From: an uncultured Oligoflexus sp.
Lineage (GTDB): Bacteria > Bdellovibrionota_B > Oligoflexia > Oligoflexales > Oligoflexaceae
DNA length: 53,900 nt
Reading direction: 5' to 3'
Assembly: GCA_964236955.1 (NCBI GenBank)
Contig: CAXSGP010000001.1
Coordinates: 1 to 53,900, forward strand
The number at the start of each line of letters is the position of its first letter. Within the stretch, counting starts at the first letter, position 1. A program made the translations under genes and the position numbers. Positions 46,406-53,900 of the stretch are shown piece by piece. The notes below the pieces were generated by a model. It had not been told where the DNA came from and searched no databases. It worked only from the letters and a program-made list of their open reading frames with translations.

Positions 46406-47254
46406 TCAACACGGATAATTGAGAACTTCGCAAATATCAAAAGCGCCTTCAAAACTAACAAGAGGCGCTAAATCAGGGTCTTTGAGAATAGCCTTTAGCG
46501 CGACTCTTTTGCCGTCTAGTTCCGCTTCCGGCGCGACCAGTCGGAGCCCATGGCTATAATCCACGTAGAAATCTCCATGCCAGAGGGAAAGGGGCTGAAT
46601 GGCAGCACCATTAGCCAGATTATGCCAGCCGTAGATGGCTACGCGTTTTGCAGCCGTAAGGAGACGCGGGCTTACGACCAGATCTTTTTTATGACCGGCG
46701 ATTAGGGGGTGATCGATAAATTCGAGCTGGGTGACCGCCTGAATCCAGGCATTATGATTAAGAAGATAGGGCGTCGAGCGCATGGCATCGGAGGGAGGAA
46801 AAGCATGGGGCCAATGGATCCGTTCAGCCTGCTGGAAGATCTGATCGACCATCTTCGCCGTGGGCAGCAGCATATTCCATTGTTTTAACAGGCTTTTCGC
46901 CGTCACCCAGGAAAGCGGCATAAGAACGAAATCGGCATCATTGCCTAAAGAGAGATAATCAGCCATCACCCAATAAACGAGGTGGTGACCATTTTCCATC
47001 ACCTGCACCGCTTTAAATCGGGAAAGTTTTTTCGGCCAATTACCCTGCTTCAGCCAGGCGAGAATTTTTTCCTCGCGACGGGGCACATCCTCACCGACGA
47101 TAGGTGCAAGAAGTTCACTCCCGGCTCTGCCACCAATCAGAGATCCATCGCTGGCCAAGCCGGAGATGCCATGATCCAGAAGAAATTCCCTATCCTCTAT
47201 TTCCGGAAAATTGAAACAGCTATAGAGCATGACCAGCGTACAGGGCAGATTCAC
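46406..47254 (-). CDS. Hypothetical protein, possible divergent FGE/C-type-lectin fold
   Basis: Motif-like blocks DYLSLG, LPTAKMVD, AGHKKD, IYGWH, IQPLS, YVDYSHGLRLV; third gene of the lysS transcript. Confidence 0.7.
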   Translation of the reverse strand: MNLPCTLVMLYSCFNFPEIEDREFLLDHGISGLASDGSLIGGRAGSELLAPIVGEDVPRREEKILAWLKQGNWPKKLSRFKAVQVMENGHHLVYWVMADYLSLGNDADFVLMPLSWVTAKSLLKQWNMLLPTAKMVDQIFQQAERIHWPHAFPPSDAMRSTPYLLNHNAWIQAVTQLEFIDHPLIAGHKKDLVVSPRLLTAAKRVAIYGWHNLANGAAIQPLSLWHGDFYVDYSHGLRLVAPEAELDGKRVALKAILKDPDLAPLVSFEGAFDICEVLNYPC

Positions 47255-47272
47255 GCGAGCTCCTCATGCCGA

Positions 47273-47767
47273 TCAGTTTGGAGCAAAACCCCTCATGATG
47301 GTTTTTTCATCTTCAAAATGCATATCCATTTTACCAATGGCCGTGCCGAGAAAAAGGTTGGCCCGGAACTGCACCTTGAGCTCTTTGGGATTTTGAATAT
47401 ATTTTCGCATCAATTGCACCAGGGTATCGGGATTGATCTGAAAAGGCAGGCGGACCTCGACACGTTCGTGGCTTTGCAGGGCAATGCTGTCCTTATGAGC
47501 GCCCTGGCCGAGATCGAGGTCGAGACTGCGCACGCTGTACTCGAGCTCCTCGATTTCGACACTGAAGCTATTGGGATTAATCACTTCGAGAAGGAAATCA
47601 AGTTCCATGCGTTTGGTACTAACCGAACGAACATCGACTTTGAGCAGGCGAACCTCAGGCTTATCAGCAACCATCCCCAGCAAATGTCTCATATGGCTAC
47701 AGGCGAAAGCCGAGCCAAAGAGCAAAAGTGAGACAATCACACCGAGAGCCCTGAGGCGCCTAGTCAT
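47273..47767 (-). CDS. LEA type 2 (WHy domain) lipoprotein
   Basis: Lipobox SAFA-C; KPEVRL..V, LEVINPNSFSV NPN motif. Confidence 0.85.
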   Translation of the reverse strand: MTRRLRALGVIVSLLLFGSAFACSHMRHLLGMVADKPEVRLLKVDVRSVSTKRMELDFLLEVINPNSFSVEIEELEYSVRSLDLDLGQGAHKDSIALQSHERVEVRLPFQINPDTLVQLMRKYIQNPKELKVQFRANLFLGTAIGKMDMHFEDEKTIMRGFAPN

Positions 47768-47797
47768 ACTCGAGCTCCTGAAGTTACCAAGTCGATC

Positions 47798-49384
47798 TCA
47801 GACATCAGCAAGGAGGCGCCGGATTCTCTCGCTGCCCAAATCCTTTAAGAAACTGGGAAGTCGGGGTCCTTGATCGCGGCCGATCACCTTCTGATAAACA
47901 GCTTGATAGAACTCTTTGCCATCACATGCCGTCGTATGGATGATATCATCAAAGAGCCTTTGATTTAACTCTTTCGGCTCGATCTTCTCGAGATCGACCT
48001 GGTCAAGCAGCTGAACCAGGGCCCGAACCGCTTTCACCTGCAGCTCGCTCAGCTCAACTTTCACCGGCTGACTGTAGATTTGATAACGGAACTCCTCGGA
48101 AGCGCATTGGCTGATCCAATTCCATGCCCGTGCAGCCCGCGACCAAAAAGCCGCCTTATCCTCAGGTCCTTTGGCGATCGCCTGATACCAGCGATCCCAG
48201 GTCTTTTGAATGTCGCCATCAAAAATCTGCAGCCGTCCCGACAATTCACGAAAGGGGGCCCGATAGCATGCCGCTGACGGAACCTCGCCGATACAGGAAA
48301 GTTCATAAGCACGCCGCAGGACCGGCCATTTTCCAGGTTGAGCCGGTACGGGGCCTAGGGCTGCGGTCTCCGCCTTATCGAATTCGTCGTAGACCTTGAT
48401 TACATCGCTGTCGAAGGAGATCGCGAAATCGGTGTTGGGTCTTTGGTTGGCAAATATCCATCGGACCATCTGCGGTTCGTAAATCTCGAGCGCCTGACTC
48501 AGGGTGATGAGTTCACCACTCGACGATGACATTTTACCCGAACCGCCTTTGATCGACACAAAGTCATACTGCAGGTACTGGGGCGCTTCGCGGTTCCAAA
48601 GTGCCTTGACTATTTTCTTGCCGGTATCAAAAGAGCCGCCGTCGCTGGAATGGTCTTTGCCACCTGGCTCAAAATCAACTTTTTCATAGGCCCAACGCAT
48701 CGGCCAGTCGGTTCGCCAGTTGAGCTTTAGATCGCCCGTTTCCCTAATATCCACCGTCTCTTCATTGCCGCAAAGCCCGCACTTATATTCGTAGTTATAA
48801 GCACCAGGATAGCGCTCATAGTCCATTTGATCGCGTTGGCATTTGCCGCAGTAGATAGCAGTGGGCAGCCAGTCGTCTGCCAATGGCTCCTTACGAAACT
48901 CGTTGAGTATGGTGGCTATAGCCGCTTTGTTTTCCAAAGCGTGCTGAATCGCCTCGGCATAGAGCCCCGAGCTATAACGATCGCTTTGATAGAGGAACTC
49001 AGGACTGATGCCAACCCCACCTATTTCCTGTTCAAAGACGCGGATGTTATGAGCGGCATAACTCTTGTCCTCGCCATAGGGATCGGGCACCCGACTGATC
49101 GGTCGACGCAGATTTTCGGTGAGCATCTCCTGTTGGGGGAGATTCTTGGGCACCTTTCTCAAGGTATCAAAATCGTCCCAACTATAAATAAAGCGGACCT
49201 TCTTTCCTGCCGAACGCAAGGCACGGGCCACGAGATCGACGGTGATCACCTCCCGAAAGTTGCCGATGTGAACGGTCCCGCTTGGGGTGATGCCGCTGGC
49301 TACAGTGTAGACGTCTTGTTCGCCACAGGTAGCAATCACACGGGCAGCGGCTTGATCCGCCCAATGAGGTGTCAAGGGTTTCAT
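47798..49384 (-). CDS. lysS: Class I lysyl-tRNA synthetase
   Basis: HWAD, ASGITPSGTVHIGNFRE (HIGH-like), DDFD.LRKVP, CGKC/CGLC, KL.WR.DWPMRW, EPGGKDH, KMSSSSG (KMSKS-like), GPRL. Confidence 0.96.
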   Translation of the reverse strand: MKPLTPHWADQAAARVIATCGEQDVYTVASGITPSGTVHIGNFREVITVDLVARALRSAGKKVRFIYSWDDFDTLRKVPKNLPQQEMLTENLRRPISRVPDPYGEDKSYAAHNIRVFEQEIGGVGISPEFLYQSDRYSSGLYAEAIQHALENKAAIATILNEFRKEPLADDWLPTAIYCGKCQRDQMDYERYPGAYNYEYKCGLCGNEETVDIRETGDLKLNWRTDWPMRWAYEKVDFEPGGKDHSSDGGSFDTGKKIVKALWNREAPQYLQYDFVSIKGGSGKMSSSSGELITLSQALEIYEPQMVRWIFANQRPNTDFAISFDSDVIKVYDEFDKAETAALGPVPAQPGKWPVLRRAYELSCIGEVPSAACYRAPFRELSGRLQIFDGDIQKTWDRWYQAIAKGPEDKAAFWSRAARAWNWISQCASEEFRYQIYSQPVKVELSELQVKAVRALVQLLDQVDLEKIEPKELNQRLFDDIIHTTACDGKEFYQAVYQKVIGRDQGPRLPSFLKDLGSERIRRLLADV

Positions 49385-49637
49385 GCTTTTCCTACGGAAT
49401 ATAGAGTTATGATGAGTGCCGCGTTGGCCCTAGAGAGGGATATTTTTAGCACAGCTCCTCCTTAAGACAAGGAAAAACTGGTTCTGAAAGCCCTGAGAAG
49501 CCTCAATCTTAAAGAGAATGAGCCTGGCTCGGACGGTTTCGTGACGGAGGCTTGACAGCGGCTGCTGAGGAATGCAAAACCTACCTACAGCTGCGTGTCC
49601 CTGAGACCAATGCATTTTGTCATGGAGTGTGAGATTC

Positions 49638-49964
49638 GTGGTCAACAAAAGAGAGACGATTTTTCGTGTTCGTTTTCTCGAAAAGCAGCAGGGCGAGGTT
49701 ATAGAGGCTCTGGTGCGTCAAATAGAGCCAAGCACCCTGCCCGGTCTCGTCTGCCTCAGTGATTTCATCTTTAAAGACAGTACAAAAAAAATTATTTTGC
49801 CCCAAGAAGAAGCGGCCAGTAAGCGATTTCGCAAAACGAAAAGCTTGCACATTCCCTTCCACAATATCCTGATCGTGGAAGAACTGGTGGAGGAGCCGGT
49901 CGATCTCCAACAATTGCCCTTTCTGCGAAAATTGCCCATTGACCCCGACCTACCTGGGGAATGA
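49638..49964 (+). CDS. DUF1820-family-like protein
   Basis: IFRVRF..QGEV.E...R.I..S.L.G.V...DF.F.....I.P.EE....RF...K..HIP...I...EE pattern; GTG start with GGAG SD. Confidence 0.7.
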   Translation: MVNKRETIFRVRFLEKQQGEVIEALVRQIEPSTLPGLVCLSDFIFKDSTKKIILPQEEAASKRFRKTKSLHIPFHNILIVEELVEEPVDLQQLPFLRKLPIDPDLPGE

Positions 49965-50210
49965 GTCCGGGGGCGACGAACCTTATTGAATGGCAACGGC
50001 CTATGGTAAGCTCCGCATGGGAGGGAAAGTTGAACGAAGGGTAGCTTTGGGATTTACTCGATTTGGCTTGGCTAGCTCAGTTATTATGACTTCTTGCTTC
50101 CGGCACCAGGGGAAGCGGGCCCCTCGGCAAGTAAGGCTCATCCTGTCGCTTGCCGATAGAACAAAGGTATTTGAGCTGCGCCTCCCTATCGGCAGCATCC
50201 AGGAGCGGAA

Positions 50211-51635
50211 ATGAAGCGTTCGGGCATCTACTGGCTTTGTCCTTCGATCGAAGAGGTTCATCAAAGGCGCGCCAGCATTTTGGATGACATTGGCTATCAG
50301 GTCTATTTCTTCGAGAATCTGGAAGCACTGGTCAAAGAGATTTGCGTCAAACGCGCAAAAATACTCATCCTGGGCGACGAATGGCCCAGTGAAGTGGCTA
50401 TCAAGCATATACAGACGTTTGCCAATATTCCCGATATTGCCGGAGCCCGTCTGCTCTTATCGAACAGTCGCAATGATTTTGAACTCATGCAGGCGGCTGG
50501 CATGGAAGGCTTCCGCGACATCATCCCCCTCGATCTTGGCGATAGCCAATGGCTGCAACGCTTTGAATTTGCAACCTCAGGCATGGAATCCATACTCGAC
50601 CTGCATGAAGATCTCAAAAAATTCGAAGAGAAAATCGAAATCAACATCCCGGCCCGCGTCGTCTGGATCGGTACGCAGTCGATGTGGATAGAATCCAAGA
50701 CCGTGGCCGAGGTCGGAGACACGATACAGCTGCGGGGTGGCTTTGCCGAACGCCTTGGCCTCAAGGAAATCAAGGCCGTGGTGATCGAGAAACAAAAAAC
50801 GCATTTGAGCTATCGATTTTCCGAAGCCCTGACCGTGAATTGGGCCAAAGACGTCATGGCCCGCGCCGAGCCTCAAAAGATCAAAGAGACTCTGGAGTAC
50901 CTGACGAAGCTCGACCTCGGTCTTAGGGCCAAAATATTCCTGGCGATCCAGTCGCCCGCCCTGCGGACGACGATACTTCGTTACGCGGACCGTCGAAAGT
51001 ACGAAGTTCATACCGCCCTTCAAAAGAGCAGCCTCGTTTACGAACCAAGATTTTTTACCCCTGATTTAATATTCATCGAGGAGCAGATGACCAATGGCGA
51101 AGGGCATCATGCCTTCCTCGACATGGTTCGCTATCTGCCTGAGCATGCAACGATCGTCACCATTGGCAACCGCTATGAAGGGGCTGATATCAAGGGCAGC
51201 ACCAGCAACAGGCGCATGCGCAGTCTGCGGCATATCCCCACCAACCTTGGCGACCTGATCGAGCGGGACTATCTTGCAGCCTTTCACCTAAAGCAACCGG
51301 AGTCGGGAATCAAGCGCCTGGCCTTCCTGCCCCACGATCACCCTCTGTCTTACGCGATGGTTTCCGCCGAGGCCCGGCTTCAAAGTGCCGACTATCTGCA
51401 GTTTGAAATTTCTTCGCCAAGTCGAATCAACAACTATTCGCTGCTTTGTGTCAACGGATCGAAGCTCAGCCACCTCATCGGTGGCCCCGCCTTCTTAAAG
51501 GTCGTCGCCAGCAGCGCCCCTATCGATCAGCTTGAAGCACCCTATCGATTCAAAGCGCATCTTTGCAACCTGGTTGAACCGATCCGCGAGGCGCTCACCA
51601 AACCTTTAAAATCAGCTTCGAAAGCCAAGGCCTAA
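50211..51635 (+). CDS. Hypothetical signalling protein with two degenerate receiver-like domains
   Basis: Repeated beta/alpha receiver-like units (ILDDIGYQVYFF..ILILGDE; IFLAIQSPALR..PDLIFIEE), each followed by a beta-rich segment; SD AGGAG. Confidence 0.6.
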   Translation: MKRSGIYWLCPSIEEVHQRRASILDDIGYQVYFFENLEALVKEICVKRAKILILGDEWPSEVAIKHIQTFANIPDIAGARLLLSNSRNDFELMQAAGMEGFRDIIPLDLGDSQWLQRFEFATSGMESILDLHEDLKKFEEKIEINIPARVVWIGTQSMWIESKTVAEVGDTIQLRGGFAERLGLKEIKAVVIEKQKTHLSYRFSEALTVNWAKDVMARAEPQKIKETLEYLTKLDLGLRAKIFLAIQSPALRTTILRYADRRKYEVHTALQKSSLVYEPRFFTPDLIFIEEQMTNGEGHHAFLDMVRYLPEHATIVTIGNRYEGADIKGSTSNRRMRSLRHIPTNLGDLIERDYLAAFHLKQPESGIKRLAFLPHDHPLSYAMVSAEARLQSADYLQFEISSPSRINNYSLLCVNGSKLSHLIGGPAFLKVVASSAPIDQLEAPYRFKAHLCNLVEPIREALTKPLKSASKAKA

Positions 51636-51678
51636 TTCGCCTGCCTTTTACATAGCCAAGGTTCTCGAGAGGCCTAGC

Positions 51679-53397
51679 CTATAAATCGGCGGTCGGCCGC
51701 ATTCCGCTTATCCCTTCGGCGACCCGCTCGGCAAGTGCGGCAATGGTTGCCGCAGGATTGGCACCGAGTGCACTGGGAATCAGCGCTGCGTCCGCTACAT
51801 AGAGGTTGTAGTAGCCATGCAGCGCTCCGAAGCGTTCAAGGGCACAGTCGGCGACTGAAGTTTTTGCATCCATTCCCAAGGCGCAGCCGCCCATCGGATG
51901 AACGGTGACATTTTTTCGAAAGGGCCATTTCCAGTTTGGAGAATGGAACATCACCCGTCCTCCTGCGGCCCGCTTAAACTCCTGCATAGCCTTATCGATA
52001 GCTTGATAAAGTTTACGGCTACCATGCCCGGGCCAGGTCAAATCCAGGGTTCCATTATTTTTTAAGGTGATTCTGCCGTCACTGCTATCTTGCCCCATAC
52101 AAAGATGAACACTCGTGTGATAGGAAAGGTCATCGCCTAGAAGCTTGGTCATAAGGTATCCCAGACGTCCCATACCGCCCCGCAGGGTCATCATATAATA
52201 GAGGGCCCTGATCGTCTCCCATAACGCTTTGAGTCTAAACACAAAGGGTTTTTGCCCTTCGATAAACCACGCAAGAAAAATAGGATAGGAAGCGTCCTGC
52301 ATCATAAAAGCTTCGCCAGCGCGAAAGTCCTTAAAGAGATTGAAATCGATACGTTGGGTTATCACAGGTCCATAGTTGGGATCGGCGGGTATCCTGGCCC
52401 CTACTACAAAGGATAAAAAATCACCGTTGGCCGAAAATCCGTAACCGAGCCGGGCACTCAGGCGTTTTAAGGTTTGAAACTGATCGCGACAGCGTAGGAG
52501 GAGCTCATTGGTATTGAGTGTGCCAGCGGCGATGACGACGCGTTTGACTCGAAAGACTTTAATCTCTGCTTGTGTCAGATCCTGAACATGAACACTGTAA
52601 CCAAAATTCCCATGGCCTGCGGGATCGTCCTCACCCGCCTCGTTGAGCGGCGTGATCTTATAGGCTAGGTGCTCGGTAAACACACGGGCGCCATATCGAT
52701 GCTCAGCGACGTGCATATAGTTGAGGTCAACGCTGTTCTTCGCCAGGGTATTGCATCCCACGTCACATTCAGAACAATAATTGCAGGTGCTTTGCATCGC
52801 ACCGTAGGGATTGATTCCCTGTACCCCTGGGTCGCCTTCCTCCCCCTCCTTGCCAAAATTAACGAGGATGGTCACGAGTTCGGAGGTCCGCCCCATCACG
52901 CTGGCGATTTTTTCGAAATAGCGGGTACGCGCCACCTGGCGCTTTGGGTGGTCTCCCTGGGGCGCCGTGCGAGCGGCCAAAACCTTTTTGGCGACCGCAT
53001 AGTAAGGGAGGAGATCGGATTTTTTGGTGTTGGCTGGCCATCGATTGTCAAATACCTCTTCAGGCGGCTCCATAAAAACGTTGGCATAGATAAGGGAACC
53101 GCCGCCCACACCGGCAGCCTGCACGACATCCATGCGTCCGTAGCAGCGAATATCAAAAAGCCCTGTGAATTGCTGTTTGGGCACGAAATGAGGACGCTTG
53201 TAGTTTCTATCAGGAGCCACTGTGAAGAAATTCTTAGCCATCGCCTGCGGACTGCGTGGGAAATCGCCGAATCCGTAGCGCTTGCCTCGTTCGATGACGA
53301 TGACTTGGGACGGCCATTTTTTGGCAAGGCGGCAGGCTGCGACCGCCCCCCCGAAACCAGTTCCTATGACAAGAGCTTCCGCATCCCAGTTCATCAC
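51679..53397 (-). CDS. GMC-family oxidoreductase, cholesterol oxidase (ChoD)-like
   Basis: IGTGFGGAVAA, ERG, GVGGGSLIYANV, CNYCSECDVGC, AAGTL, TVHPMGGC, LGANPAATI.A.AER. Confidence 0.88.
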   Translation of the reverse strand: MMNWDAEALVIGTGFGGAVAACRLAKKWPSQVIVIERGKRYGFGDFPRSPQAMAKNFFTVAPDRNYKRPHFVPKQQFTGLFDIRCYGRMDVVQAAGVGGGSLIYANVFMEPPEEVFDNRWPANTKKSDLLPYYAVAKKVLAARTAPQGDHPKRQVARTRYFEKIASVMGRTSELVTILVNFGKEGEEGDPGVQGINPYGAMQSTCNYCSECDVGCNTLAKNSVDLNYMHVAEHRYGARVFTEHLAYKITPLNEAGEDDPAGHGNFGYSVHVQDLTQAEIKVFRVKRVVIAAGTLNTNELLLRCRDQFQTLKRLSARLGYGFSANGDFLSFVVGARIPADPNYGPVITQRIDFNLFKDFRAGEAFMMQDASYPIFLAWFIEGQKPFVFRLKALWETIRALYYMMTLRGGMGRLGYLMTKLLGDDLSYHTSVHLCMGQDSSDGRITLKNNGTLDLTWPGHGSRKLYQAIDKAMQEFKRAAGGRVMFHSPNWKWPFRKNVTVHPMGGCALGMDAKTSVADCALERFGALHGYYNLYVADAALIPSALGANPAATIAALAERVAEGISGMRPTADL

Positions 53398-53900
53398 ATC
53401 CTCCTATGCTGGTTGAGAAAGGCGACAAGACGGGGAAAGATATCCTCAGCCGCATGCTGGCCCATAAATACGTCCTGATGGCCGTAGCCAGGAATTTCCC
53501 AAAAGCTGAGTTCGCGTTTGCCGGGCTTCGTCTGCAGGGCTTGGTAGAGAGCTTTGTTTGAGCCGGGGAATATATGGTTTTCCTGCCCACCCAGTAAGAA
53601 CAGTGGGGCCTGGGGAAGCCTGCTATAGGCCTCAAGGTAATCGTCGGGCAGATCGGGCTTCCGAGTCATCGGCCGGGCATGACCGGCATCAACCATTTTA
53701 CAGATATGGCGATGATAATTGAGTGATGTTCCCCCGAACAGGTCATGAATGCGATCATGGGTGATTCGACTAATATTATCATGCTGATAAGCGGCTGGCG
53801 ACCCGCTGCCCCACATAAAACTAATCATATGGCAGGCTGGATTGGAGCATTCACGGTGGATCAGCCGCAGGGCATAGCTTAACCATTTGCCCATAGAAAA
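53394..53900 (-). CDS. C-terminal part of an alpha/beta-hydrolase of the type found next to cholesterol oxidases; 5' end outside window
   Basis: C.NP.CH..SFMWG, GG.ENH.F, IPGYGHQDVFMG catalytic His motif; stop overlaps the GMC start. Confidence 0.75.
   Translation of the reverse strand, partial: FSMGKWLSYALRLIHRECSNPACHMISFMWGSGSPAAYQHDNISRITHDRIHDLFGGTSLNYHRHICKMVDAGHARPMTRKPDLPDDYLEAYSRLPQAPLFLLGGQENHIFPGSNKALYQALQTKPGKRELSFWEIPGYGHQDVFMGQHAAEDIFPRLVAFLNQHRRM

Noticed and set aside
46406..47254. Diversity-generating retroelement target
   Set aside because: No reverse transcriptase and no template/variable repeat pair in the window
46982..47731. Long antisense ORFs here and at 48827-49465 and 52669-53478
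   Set aside because: Opposite well-supported genes, with no motifs of their own
49385..49637. Lysine riboswitch, T-box or 6S RNA upstream of lysS
   Set aside because: Only short inverted repeats such as AAGCCTC/GAGGCTT; conserved cores absent; explained as a divergent promoter region
1..53900. CRISPR arrays, tRNA/rRNA genes, transposases, integrases, phage or defence genes
   Set aside because: No repeat-spacer pattern, tRNA T-loop/cloverleaf or matching protein motifs seen

Overview
Bacterial chromosomal window with about 39 protein-coding genes and no rRNA, tRNA, CRISPR array, transposase or phage genes that I can recognise. The gene mix (AddAB, class I LysRS, GSII, many large orphan lipoproteins, GnnA-like gene beside lpxB) suggests a Bdellovibrionota/Oligoflexia-like diderm, but this is inference only. 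Housekeeping content: DprE1/DprE2-like pair, mscS, Fe3+-type ABC transporter, lpxB, RsmB-family methylase, folB, cmoAB, ddl, addBA, glnII, dusB, serS, class I lysS and a cholesterol-oxidase-like GMC enzyme. The best candidate for an undescribed system is a co-directional four-gene cluster at 3.5-10.9 kb: a FadL-type outer-membrane barrel, a ~1546-aa orphan lipoprotein, a secreted protein whose sequence pattern looks START/SRPBCC-like, and a cytoplasmic SRPBCC protein. Together these could form a trans-envelope lipid relay. Other points of interest: recurring sigma28-like promoters before non-flagellar genes, a kinase-less cluster of atypical receiver proteins, a structured glnII leader, a rod-like inverted-repeat element with microsatellites at 33 kb, and a hypothetical protein with an FGE/C-type-lectin-like signature. 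All family calls come from motifs read by eye; no database searches were run.
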